NCBI GenBank assembly: GCA_037441285.1
Contig: JBBISL010000011.1
Location: 1-59,071 of the forward strand
Length of the DNA: 59,071 nt
Direction: 5' to 3'
Origin: a candidate division WOR-3 bacterium
Lineage (GTDB): Bacteria; Hydrothermota; Tepidihabitantia; Tepidihabitantales; Tepidihabitantaceae
Shown: positions 1 through 8,472 of the stretch, one piece after another
How positions within the stretch are numbered: the stretch's first letter is position 1
Layout: each line of letters opens with the position of its first letter
The notes under the pieces: generated by a model
What the model saw: the letters and a program-made list of their open reading frames with translations, nothing else
The model's database searches: none
Told to the model about the DNA's origin: nothing
Made by a program: the position numbers and the translations under genes

Positions 1-798
1 ATTTATCGGACGGGCAAAACCCACCCCTTCTGATCCACCGGCATGCGAGAAGATAAATGTATTAATCCCGATTACCTCGCCCAGGGCATTGACCAGCGGA
101 CCTCCAGAATTTCCCGGATTGATTGCCGCATCGGTCTGAATCATATCGGGATAAACCGCATCACCCCTTCCCGACTTGATATCCCGGTGCAGAGCGGAAA
201 TCACCCCAACCGTAACCGTGGGCTGAGCATCTTCTATCAGAAAACCGAACGGGTTGCCAATCGCAATCGCCCATTCACCAATCATCAGGTCATCAGAATT
301 GCCGAGCGTCGCAACCGGTAAATTTTCCCCGGGTATTTTCAAAAGCGCCAGGTCCCGGTCCGGGTCAAGCGCCACCAGTTCCGCGTCAAAACTGCGATTG
401 TCGGGCAGCGTCACCTTAATCCGGGTCGCATTGGTCACCACATGGGCATTGGTGACAATATACCCCTTCTGGTCAACAATCACGCCCGAACCCATCGACT
501 TAATCTCCTGACGGAATGTGTGGCTGGGGAAAAAGTCCCGAAAGAAGTCGTCAAACCCAAAGATGTCAAATGGCTCATAACTCACCACCCGCGTCTGGGT
601 TACCACAACCGAAACCACCGCCGGACTTACATTCCGGGCCGCAAGAACAATCGCATTCACCCGAGAACGGGTAACATCCTCCTGCACCGTTGCCGGAGAA
701 ACCTTTTGACCACCAGCCGGTGCCTGTGGTAACGCCCCGCAGGAAACCGGGAAAATCAAACCGACCAGTAAAACAAACTTTACGCCTAACCTTTTCAC
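1..798 (-). CDS. htrA: HtrA/DegP-like trypsin serine protease (S1C), 3' end runs off the window
   Basis: Not in the ORF track. Manual minus-strand translation from GTG 798 gives a signal-like N-terminus, GSGVIVDQKGYIVTNAHVV and IQTDAAINPGNSGGPLVNALGEVIGINT. Confidence 0.92.
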   Translation of the reverse strand, partial: MKRLGVKFVLLVGLIFPVSCGALPQAPAGGQKVSPATVQEDVTRSRVNAIVLAARNVSPAVVSVVVTQTRVVSYEPFDIFGFDDFFRDFFPSHTFRQEIKSMGSGVIVDQKGYIVTNAHVVTNATRIKVTLPDNRSFDAELVALDPDRDLALLKIPGENLPVATLGNSDDLMIGEWAIAIGNPFGFLIEDAQPTVTVGVISALHRDIKSGRGDAVYPDMIQTDAAINPGNSGGPLVNALGEVIGINTFIFSHAGGSEGVGFARPIN

Positions 799-805
799 AA
801 AAATG

Positions 806-833
806 AGTTTACCGATTGAAATTCCAGCGTCAA
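806..833 (-). promoter_or_regulatory. sigma70-type promoter for htrA (TTGACG-N16-TAAACT), probably leaderless
   Basis: The -10 hexamer ends 7 nt before the GTG, and there is no SD sequence. Confidence 0.6.
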
Positions 834-890
834 GAATAGAAGTTTGGACATCGCTTCAGCCATCGCCGGTGCGCCATCGCCCTTTTTAAC

Positions 891-918
891 TTGACTCAGA
901 TGAAAAGTTTCCTATAAT
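891..918 (+). promoter_or_regulatory. sigma70-type promoter for the rpmH operon (TTGACT-N16-TATAAT)
   Basis: Near-consensus hexamers 18 nt upstream of the rpmH ATG, followed by AGGA. Confidence 0.75.
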
Positions 919-936
919 CGGCAATAGGACAAAATT

Positions 937-1074
937 ATGCCTAAAAGAACTTATCAACCGTCAAAGATTCATCGCAAGCGCACGCACGGCTTTCGCGCCC
1001 GGATGAAAAAGGTCGGCGGCAGACGGGTACTTCAGAATCGCCGGCGTAAGGGTCGTCATCGTCTGACCGTATGA
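937..1074 (+). CDS. rpmH: 50S ribosomal protein L34
   Basis: Manual translation [45 protein letters not shown] (45 aa, below the track cutoff); lies upstream of rnpA. Confidence 0.97.
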   Translation: MPKRTYQPSKIHRKRTHGFRARMKKVGGRRVLQNRRRKGRHRLTV

Positions 1075-1107
1075 ATCGACCGGTGCCCGCAAGGCACATC
1101 TTGATTT

Positions 1108-1662
1108 ATGCGCGAGAGCCTGAAGCGAGAGGAAATCGTCCGGGGTCGCCGCTTGATTGCGGCAATTTTGCGCTCGGACAAAAGGGTAACCGGTGTTACC
1201 CTTACCCTCCGCTTCCGGCATCAATCACCTAATAACCAGGCAACTCTTCCTCCCCGCCGGGTTGCCATTCATTTAAGCGCCCGAATCAAAGGTGCGGTGG
1301 TCCGCAATCGGCTCAAGCGCTGGCTCCGGGAAATCTACCGCCGGAACAAAGACTGGTTTGCCCCGGGTTTTGACTATCTAATTCAGGTAAAACCGGATGC
1401 GGTTCGGCTCAACTTTCACCAGTTAAAACAGGAACTGCAGAACCTTGCCCGCGCCACTTACACTCCTTCCGCCACATCGACCGAATCCCGCATTTCTTCC
1501 CCACCCTTAACGGAGGTATCTAATATTCCTTCCCCTAACACTTCTTTCCCTCCCTTGACGGGCGGGGACAAAGGGGAGGGTGTCACCTTCACGGACGCTA
1601 ACTACCAAACAAAACCGTTTGTTCCTAAACCAAGGAGCGGTAATGCTCAAAACGCTGCTTAA
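1108..1662 (+). CDS. rnpA: Ribonuclease P protein component with a C-terminal extension of about 65 aa
   Basis: AVVRNRLKRWLRE (RNR motif); located between rpmH and yidD. Confidence 0.88.
   Translation: MRESLKREEIVRGRRLIAAILRSDKRVTGVTLTLRFRHQSPNNQATLPPRRVAIHLSARIKGAVVRNRLKRWLREIYRRNKDWFAPGFDYLIQVKPDAVRLNFHQLKQELQNLARATYTPSATSTESRISSPPLTEVSNIPSPNTSFPPLTGGDKGEGVTFTDANYQTKPFVPKPRSGNAQNAA
1545..1582 (+). repeat. G-rich REP-like palindromic repeat, copy 1, in-frame inside rnpA
   Basis: TTTCCCTCCCTTGACGGGCGGGGACAAAGGGGAGGGTG matches the copies at 39765 and 58531. Confidence 0.8.
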
Positions 1663-1885
1663 ACTCCTTGTTCGGCTCTATCAGTGGACTCTTGGCACCG
1701 TTTTACCCAACTCCTGCCGGTTTTATCCCACCTGTTCCCATTATGCGCTGGAGGCGCTGGAAAAGCACGGCGCCGGTATGGGTATCGTGCTTGCTGTCCG
1801 TCGGGTCTTACGCTGCCACCCCTTCTCACCTGGCGGCTATGACCCGGTACCTGAAAAAACAGAAATCAAAGGAGTGAAAAAGTGA
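1643..1885 (+). CDS. yidD: Membrane protein insertion efficiency factor
   Basis: CRFYPTCSHYA and RCHPFSPGGYDPVP motifs; AGGAG SD before ATG 1643. Confidence 0.95.
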   Translation: MLKTLLKLLVRLYQWTLGTVLPNSCRFYPTCSHYALEALEKHGAGMGIVLAVRRVLRCHPFSPGGYDPVPEKTEIKGVKK

Positions 1886-3435
1886 ACGACAACCTACGCA
1901 TGCTAATCGGATTTCTTATCATCGTCTTAATCCTCATCTTCTACCCGATGATTCTACCAAAAAGACCGAGACCCGCACCTGTACCCGACACTGTCCAAAC
2001 CACGCCCGCGGCTCAACCTGCACCCCGGGAAACAGTTACCATCGCCCCGGCACCGCCGGTTGAAACCCTGGTTGCCGAAACCACCGCTCTGCTTGAAAAC
2101 CAGTTTTTACAGGTCGAATTCACCAGCCGGGGCGGTGCGCTCAAATCGTGCTATCTTAAACGCTACCAGGTGCAACTGGTTTCGGAAAACAGTACCCTGC
2201 TTGCCAGCACCGAACTCCTCAATCTGCCGGCAACCCTCAACCAGACCGAATCCACCGTGACCTTTACCTACAACCTGCCCCAGGGGCAGCTGAAAAAGAC
2301 CCTAATACTGGGAAAAGATTACACCATCCTTGTTCACTTTGAGGGCTTGCCACCTGAACGCACCCTGACCTTTGATGCCCGAGCCGGCATTCCAACTACC
2401 GAGAAGGAGGTCAAAGAAGACCTTGCCAACTTCCACTTCTACGCCCGCACCGCAGGCAAAATCAGTCAAATCTCTTCGGGTCAGCTGCGCAAAAGACCAT
2501 TTGTTACCACCGCGGACTGGGTTGGTTTAAAGTCAAAATACTTCTTCCTTGCCCTGGTAAACCAGACCGGTAATTTCGACTCGGTTCGAGCCGAACCGCT
2601 TGCCGACAACCGGATTGGCTTTATCGCGCCGGTAAAATCCGCAAACGGTGCCCGCTTCCTTGTCTATGCCGGACCAATTGAATACAACCGATTGCGCTCC
2701 TTCCATCTCGGATTTGAGAATGTTGTCAGTCTGGGCTGGCTTAAACCAATCGCCCTGGGCATCCTTTATCTCTTAAGGCTCTTCTATCAACTGGTGCGCA
2801 ACTGGGGTTGGGCAATCGTCATCTTCTCAATCCTGATGAAAGCGATTTTCTATCCCCTGTCCCGCACCCAGATAAAACAGATGCGCAATTTACAACTGCT
2901 CCAGCCCAAGATTGAGGAACTGAAAAAGAAGTATAAAGACGACCCCCAGATGCTCAATCAGGAGACGATGCGTCTGTACCAGCTCTACAAAGTCAACCCG
3001 CTCTCGGGCTGCCTGCCGCTCCTTGTCCAGATGCCGGTCTTCTTTGCCCTTTACGCAGTGCTGCGCAACTTCATCGAACTGCGCGGTGCCGGCTTTTTGC
3101 TCTGGCTTAAAGACCTGTCCCAGCCCGACACCCTTTTCGGTCACATCCCCCATGGGGTGCCGCTCATTGGTGGGTTTGCCATTGGTCTTTTACCCATCCT
3201 GATGGGAATATCATTTATCGCCCAGAACCTTTTGACCTCAACCGACAAACGCAACTGGGCGATGACCATCATCTTTCCTGTCTTCATCACCGCTATCTTC
3301 TTAAACCTTTCCAGCGGTCTGCAGTTGTACTGGTTTATCTATAATATCCTCTCGATTCTGGAGAGTGTAATCGCAACCAAAGGAGGTACTATATGGCAGA
3401 AAATCAAAAAGTCCCCGAATCTGGGGGTGAAGTAA
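1882..3435 (+). CDS. yidC: Membrane protein insertase
   Basis: NWGWAIVIFSIL, QPKIEELKKKYKDD, NPLSGCLPLLVQMP and WLKDLSQPD motifs. Confidence 0.97.
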   Translation: MNDNLRMLIGFLIIVLILIFYPMILPKRPRPAPVPDTVQTTPAAQPAPRETVTIAPAPPVETLVAETTALLENQFLQVEFTSRGGALKSCYLKRYQVQLVSENSTLLASTELLNLPATLNQTESTVTFTYNLPQGQLKKTLILGKDYTILVHFEGLPPERTLTFDARAGIPTTEKEVKEDLANFHFYARTAGKISQISSGQLRKRPFVTTADWVGLKSKYFFLALVNQTGNFDSVRAEPLADNRIGFIAPVKSANGARFLVYAGPIEYNRLRSFHLGFENVVSLGWLKPIALGILYLLRLFYQLVRNWGWAIVIFSILMKAIFYPLSRTQIKQMRNLQLLQPKIEELKKKYKDDPQMLNQETMRLYQLYKVNPLSGCLPLLVQMPVFFALYAVLRNFIELRGAGFLLWLKDLSQPDTLFGHIPHGVPLIGGFAIGLLPILMGISFIAQNLLTSTDKRNWAMTIIFPVFITAIFLNLSSGLQLYWFIYNILSILESVIATKGGTIWQKIKKSPNLGVK

Positions 3436-3935
3436 AAGGCACTGAAATGACAAACTCCGCTGAAATGGAGCGGATTGCTCAGGTCGTGCAGACACTCATC
3501 AACTACCTTGGGGTCCGTGCCGGTGTTGAGGTAACCCGGGACGAGCAGGGCTATCTCGCAAACATCAAAACCAAACGTGCCAGCGCAATTCTCATTGGCC
3601 GCCGCGGCTCAACCCTGAAGGCGCTGCAGCACCTGGTGCGCACCATTGTCCGCCGGGAGTTCCCGGATGTGGCGCCAATTCTCGTTGATGTTGCCGGTTA
3701 TCGCCAGCGCCGGGACAACTTCCTGCGCAAAAAGGCGCTCGCGGTTGCCAAGATTGTTATGGAAACCGGGCGCGAGATGGCACTGGACTTCCTTACCGAA
3801 AAAGAGCAGAAGGTTGTCCAGGAAGCGTTGAAAGAAATGCCCAAAGTGCGCGTTTATGCGGTCGGCACCGGACCCCGGCGCAATGTCGTGATTGCACCGG
3901 TCGAAACCGGACCGCAAAACCCGAATGCGGTCTGA
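3393..3935 (+). CDS. jag: Jag/KhpB/EloR-like KH-R3H RNA-binding protein (short form)
   Basis: LIGRRGSTLKALQHL KH motif and VDVAGYRQRR; syntenic between yidC and mnmE. Confidence 0.85.
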   Translation: MAENQKVPESGGEVKGTEMTNSAEMERIAQVVQTLINYLGVRAGVEVTRDEQGYLANIKTKRASAILIGRRGSTLKALQHLVRTIVRREFPDVAPILVDVAGYRQRRDNFLRKKALAVAKIVMETGREMALDFLTEKEQKVVQEALKEMPKVRVYAVGTGPRRNVVIAPVETGPQNPNAV

Positions 3936-5259
3936 CACAATTGTCGCCCCGGCAACACCGCCCGGGGTCAGCGCCCTGGCGGTTATTCGGCTTTCCGGAC
4001 CAGACACCCGGTCTGTGCTGCGCCGGCTTGTGCCCGATTTTCCGGTAAAAAGGGGGCGCGGTCCGACCTTAAAACTGGTCTGGCTCAAAGACGAAAAAGG
4101 ACAACCGGTTGACCAGGTGATAATAACCCTTTTTCCCAAACCCCACTCCTACACCGGCGAGGACCTTGCTGAAATCTCCTGCCATGGCAGCCCCTTAATT
4201 ATCGACCTGATTACCAGCCTGTGCCAGCGCTATGGCTGTCGTCTTGCCGAACCCGGTGAGTTTACCCGTAGGGCGGTGCTCAACGGTAAACTCACCCTTT
4301 CCCAGGCTGAGGCGCTGGGTGCGCTCGTCTATGCCCAGACCCTGCCGGCACACCGTTCTCTTATCGCTGCGTATCAGGGTGCAACCAGCCGGCTGGTCAA
4401 CGAACTCGGAGAAAAGATACGCGAACTCTACACCCTAACCGAATACCTCCTCGGTTTTGATGAAGAAGAAAAGACCGACGAAACCGGGCTCAATAAAAAA
4501 ACAAAAGAAATCATCGCACAACTTAACCAGGCAATCTCCCGGGCAGAACGCAGCCGCTTTTTACTGGAACCGGCGCGGGTAACAATCATTGGCCGCCCCA
4601 ATGTCGGCAAGTCCAGCCTGTTCAACCGCCTTCTGGGCGAAGAGCGGGCAATCATCAGCCCATTCCCGGGCACGACCCGTGACTATCTTGATGCCACAAC
4701 CACCATCAACGGCATCCTGGTCCGGCTCATCGACACCTGTGGCTTTGACCCCAAAACCCGCAACCCATTAACCCGACTCGGCACCCGCAAAACCGAAATC
4801 GCCCTTAAAAACAGCGACCTGCTCCTTGTCGTGTTTGACGGCTCCCAGCCGGCACAGCCCCAGGACCGGTCAATTCTTGCCTTGGCCGAAAATTTCCCTA
4901 AAATTTATATTATCAACAAGAGTGACCTCAACCGTCATCTTGATAACCGTTTCCTGCCCGCTCCGGCAATCACCCTATCCTGCAAAACCGGCGCCGGTAT
5001 GAACCGACTACGCAAGGCGCTCGTCCGCCATCTTTCCGCCTCGCCCACTCGCACAACCTGCCCGGTCATCACCCGGCGCCAGATTGAGGCGCTTATCACC
5101 TGTCGGGAACGGCTTGGCGCCAGCCTTTTAAGCCCCAGCCTCGAAACCCGCAGCGTTGAAATCGGTTTTGCGCTTGACGCCTTGAATTCAATTGACCGAC
5201 CGCTCACCAGCGAAGAACTGCTCAACCGAATCTTTGAAAACTTCTGTGTCGGCAAATGA
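3925..5259 (+). CDS. mnmE: tRNA modification GTPase
   Basis: DTIVAPATPPG, SYTGED, GRPNVGKS, GTTRD, NKSD and C-terminal FCVGK; start placed at ATG 3925. Confidence 0.95.
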   Translation: MRSDTIVAPATPPGVSALAVIRLSGPDTRSVLRRLVPDFPVKRGRGPTLKLVWLKDEKGQPVDQVIITLFPKPHSYTGEDLAEISCHGSPLIIDLITSLCQRYGCRLAEPGEFTRRAVLNGKLTLSQAEALGALVYAQTLPAHRSLIAAYQGATSRLVNELGEKIRELYTLTEYLLGFDEEEKTDETGLNKKTKEIIAQLNQAISRAERSRFLLEPARVTIIGRPNVGKSSLFNRLLGEERAIISPFPGTTRDYLDATTTINGILVRLIDTCGFDPKTRNPLTRLGTRKTEIALKNSDLLLVVFDGSQPAQPQDRSILALAENFPKIYIINKSDLNRHLDNRFLPAPAITLSCKTGAGMNRLRKALVRHLSASPTRTTCPVITRRQIEALITCRERLGASLLSPSLETRSVEIGFALDALNSIDRPLTSEELLNRIFENFCVGK

Positions 5260-5687
5260 TTGAAAAGATTCTCCTCTGGCTTAACACCACCCCGGCGGCA
5301 CGCACTGCTGCCACCTGGACGATAAACCTCGCCCAGCGCCTATCGGCTCGGGTCTATGCCCTCTATGTCCTGCCCCCGGAAGTAAAACCGACAACGCCCC
5401 GAACCCGGGCACACAAAACAGACACCAAAAAAGAGGAAGAAGCCTGGGAACTCCTCTACGAGGTTGAGGACGAGGCGTTTGCCCAGGATGTCCGGATATC
5501 GTTGCTCTTTGAACCGGGCGAACCGCGGGAGCGATTTGGTGAAATCATCGCCAGTTACAACCCGGATTTGGTCGTGGTCGGCGCCGATGGACCGCTCCCG
5601 TTAGCGGAAATTATCAAAATGTCACCCCAACCGGTGGTGTTTGTAAAAAAAATACCCGCCCCTGCGGGAAACAATAAGGAGGATTGA
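5256..5687 (+). CDS. Universal stress protein family
   Basis: USP-like pattern (KIL..., GEP...I...DLVVVG, PVVFVK); overlaps the mnmE stop. Confidence 0.7.
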   Translation: MIEKILLWLNTTPAARTAATWTINLAQRLSARVYALYVLPPEVKPTTPRTRAHKTDTKKEEEAWELLYEVEDEAFAQDVRISLLFEPGEPRERFGEIIASYNPDLVVVGADGPLPLAEIIKMSPQPVVFVKKIPAPAGNNKED

Positions 5688-6151
5688 TGCTGAAAAAGGT
5701 TTCAGAACTTCTTCCCCGCTCGGCTATTATTCTTGAACTAAACGCAAAAGAAAAAGAGGCGGTAATTAAAGAACTCGCCGCCCCGCTTGTGCAAGCCGGG
5801 TTCATCACCGATCAGGCACAGTTTGTCAGCGCCATCCTGCGCCGGGAAAACTTAGAGAGTACCGGCATCGGCTTTGGTGTTGCCATTCCCCACGCCCGCA
5901 CCAACGCTGCGGTCAGCACCGTTCTTGCCTTTGGCCGTTCCAGCACCGGCGTTGACTTCTCCAGCCTGGACGGTAAACCTTCCCATCTCATATTCCTCAT
6001 TGCCTCACCCGAGACGATGAAACGGGAATACATCTGGACCCTTGCCAAACTGTCCAGTTTGTTGCGCCGCGACGAGGTGCGCAACGGGCTCACCAAAGCC
6101 CAAACCGTGGATGAGGTTTATTCGATAATCGAGCGCTACGAACGGTATTAA
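5684..6151 (+). CDS. PTS EIIA (Ntr/fructose-mannitol type)
   Basis: RE...STGIGFGVAIPHAR phospho-His motif and DFSSLDGKP. Confidence 0.92.
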   Translation: MMLKKVSELLPRSAIILELNAKEKEAVIKELAAPLVQAGFITDQAQFVSAILRRENLESTGIGFGVAIPHARTNAAVSTVLAFGRSSTGVDFSSLDGKPSHLIFLIASPETMKREYIWTLAKLSSLLRRDEVRNGLTKAQTVDEVYSIIERYERY

Positions 6152-6164
6152 ACCCGCCGGTACG

Positions 6165-7922
6165 ATGGAAATCACCTACACGCTCTTTTGCGCCCGTCAA
6201 CTACTGATAGAAAAATTTCAACAACTGGGCTACACCATCGCGCCGGACGAAATCCGCGCCCCGGTCCCGGGTGTACAAGCCGACCTTGCCATCCCGGTTT
6301 TCCGGCTGGCAAAAAACCTCGGCAAAAACCCCAACGAACTGGCAACCGCAATCAGCCCGCGCCTTGACCTCACCGCCTCGTTGTTTGCCTCGGCAAAACC
6401 GCTTAACGGATACATCAACTTTAAATTTCATCCCGAGCGGTTCGCCGGCGCCGTTTTTGCCGACTACTGTGCCGCACCGGATAAGTACGGCAGTTTTACC
6501 TTGGGCAACGGCAAAACGGTCGTTATCGACTACTCCTCACCCAACATCGCCAAGCCGTTCTCCGTGGGCCATCTCCGCTCCACCATCATCGGTCAGGCGT
6601 TAAAGAACATCCTCTCCTATCTCGGCTATCAGGTAATTGGCGACAACCACCTTGGTGATTGGGGAACCCAGTTTGGCAAACTCCTTGCCGCCTACGAACT
6701 GTGGGGAGACGAAACCCAGCTAAATCACAACCCGACCCTGCACCTTTTTGACCTCTATGTTCGCTTCCACCAGGAGGCAAAGCAGGACCCGGACCTTGAA
6801 TTCAAGGCACGGGACTGGTTCCGTCGGCTGGAACAGGGCGACCCTCAAGCCCGCAGCCGCTGGCAGCAGTTTGTCCTTCTGAGCCGCAAGGAGTTTGAAA
6901 AAATCTATCAGCTCCTCGGCATCACCTTTGATGTCACCCTGGGCGAAAGTTTTTACGCCCCCTTTCTTCAGAATGTGATTGACCGGGCGCTGAAAATGGG
7001 CGTTGCCCGAAAACAGACGCCGCCCCGGGACGAAACAAGTATTGATGAAGAGGTCAGCCCGGAAGAACCGGTTGTCCTTATTCCCCTTGACCAGATGGGC
7101 ATTACCGTCCCTCTTATTCTCCAGAAGTCGGACGGCACCAGCCTGTACGCCACCCGGGAAATTGCGACCGTTGAGTACCGCATCAAAACCTGGCACCCGG
7201 AAAAAATCCTCTATGTCGTCGGCAACGAACAGGAGCTTTACTTCAAACAGTTCAACGCCGCCCTCAAACTCTTAGGCATCACCACCCCCTGCATCCACAT
7301 CGGCTTTGGCTTAATCCGCCTGCCCCAGGGCAAACTTTCCACCCGGGAAGGTCGGGTCATCCTCCTTGAAGATGTCATCAACGAGGCGATTGAACGGGCA
7401 AAACGGGTCCTGACCAGTCGCGACCTGCCCGAAAACGAAAAAGAGGATATCGCCCGCAAGGTGGGCATCGGCGCCATCAAGTACGCCGACCTCTCCCAGA
7501 ACCGGCGCAAAGAGGTTGTGTTTGACTGGAACCGGATGCTATCCCTGGACGGCGACTCCGCACCCTATCTGCAATACGCCTACACCCGCACCCGCTCCAT
7601 TCTGCGCAAAGCGCCCGCCACCTCCCTTTCCGAAGCCAACCCCAGCCTCCTTATCACCCCGGAAGAACAGACCCTTCTTCTCCACATCGCCCGCTTCCCT
7701 GACGCCATCCTTGCCGCCGCCGAAAACTACGAACCCCACCGCATCGCCAACCACCTTTATAACCTTGCCCGTGACTTCTCCACCTTTTACGACCGCATCC
7801 CGGTGCTTAACGCCGAAACCAGGGAACTGCGGCTCGCCCGGCTCGCCCTGGTTGAAATGACCGGCACCGTCCTGAAATCAGGGCTTGCCTTACTCGGCGT
7901 TGAGGTGATGGAACGGATGTAA
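6165..7922 (+). CDS. argS: Arginine--tRNA ligase
   Basis: DYSSPNIAKPFSVGHLRSTIIG, NHLGDWGTQFG, KLSTREG, YLQYAY and terminal ERM. Confidence 0.97.
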   Translation: MEITYTLFCARQLLIEKFQQLGYTIAPDEIRAPVPGVQADLAIPVFRLAKNLGKNPNELATAISPRLDLTASLFASAKPLNGYINFKFHPERFAGAVFADYCAAPDKYGSFTLGNGKTVVIDYSSPNIAKPFSVGHLRSTIIGQALKNILSYLGYQVIGDNHLGDWGTQFGKLLAAYELWGDETQLNHNPTLHLFDLYVRFHQEAKQDPDLEFKARDWFRRLEQGDPQARSRWQQFVLLSRKEFEKIYQLLGITFDVTLGESFYAPFLQNVIDRALKMGVARKQTPPRDETSIDEEVSPEEPVVLIPLDQMGITVPLILQKSDGTSLYATREIATVEYRIKTWHPEKILYVVGNEQELYFKQFNAALKLLGITTPCIHIGFGLIRLPQGKLSTREGRVILLEDVINEAIERAKRVLTSRDLPENEKEDIARKVGIGAIKYADLSQNRRKEVVFDWNRMLSLDGDSAPYLQYAYTRTRSILRKAPATSLSEANPSLLITPEEQTLLLHIARFPDAILAAAENYEPHRIANHLYNLARDFSTFYDRIPVLNAETRELRLARLALVEMTGTVLKSGLALLGVEVMERM

Positions 7923-7950
7923 AACCACCCGAAAACGCAGCCGGAAAAAT

Positions 7951-8079
7951 TATACTTTAAAGTATAAAACCCAAATCCAGCCTGATTTATCTAACAATTT
8001 GTAATAAAATAACTTAATTCAACTTCACCCCATTTTCCCTACCCAACCCCGGGGTGGTTTCGGGAGTGGTTCGGGAAAT
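7951..8079 (-). repeat. Tripartite dispersed intergenic element, copy A (reverse orientation)
   Basis: Palindrome TATACTTTAAAGTATA at 7951-7966; the reverse complement of 8032-8079 matches the copies at 36709 and 57133. Confidence 0.85.
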
Positions 8080-8345
8080 CGCCGGTTTTACCATTTTTTA
8101 GGCACATTTTGGGCTAACTTCTCAACCCCCAATCTCCTGAGTCACCGCATCAAAAACTCCTGCCAAACCGTTCGCCGCTCCGGCACCACCCGCGAACTCA
8201 AACTTTAACCCCATCCTCAACTCATCCACTAAACTCGAAACTGTGTTCAACCGCCCTGCTAAAAACCGGTCTCCTATTACCGAATATGACCGGTTCATAA
8301 TTTCAGAGTGGGTTAGCATAAGATGGGCGAAAGCGTGCCCGTTTC

Positions 8346-8373
8346 TTGACAATACCTTTTAAGTCGGTATAGT
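8346..8373 (+). promoter_or_regulatory. sigma70-type promoter (TTGACA-N16-TATAGT)
   Basis: Near-consensus hexamers 100 nt upstream of GTG 8473. Confidence 0.7.
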
Positions 8374-8472
8374 TATCCTGGCCAGAAAAAAAGCTAAAAG
8401 GGTACTGGTCCCGGATTGTTCCATCGAGAGAGGTGCTTTCCGGGTGGTCAATTTCTCTCAAAAGGAGGTATC

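Noticed and set aside
43..732. Plus-strand ORFs 43..321, 254..511 and 442..732
   Set aside because: They are antisense shadows of the minus-strand htrA gene.
799..936. oriC upstream of rpmH
   Set aside because: The gap is short, is filled by two divergent promoters, and has no DnaA boxes.
6556..6585. ArgS HIGH motif reads SVGH
   Set aside because: Ser at the first position is a known variant in functional bacterial ArgRS.
8122..8352. 76-aa minus-strand ORF between argS and the 8473 gene
   Set aside because: It has no recognisable motif and no clear SD, so it cannot be supported.
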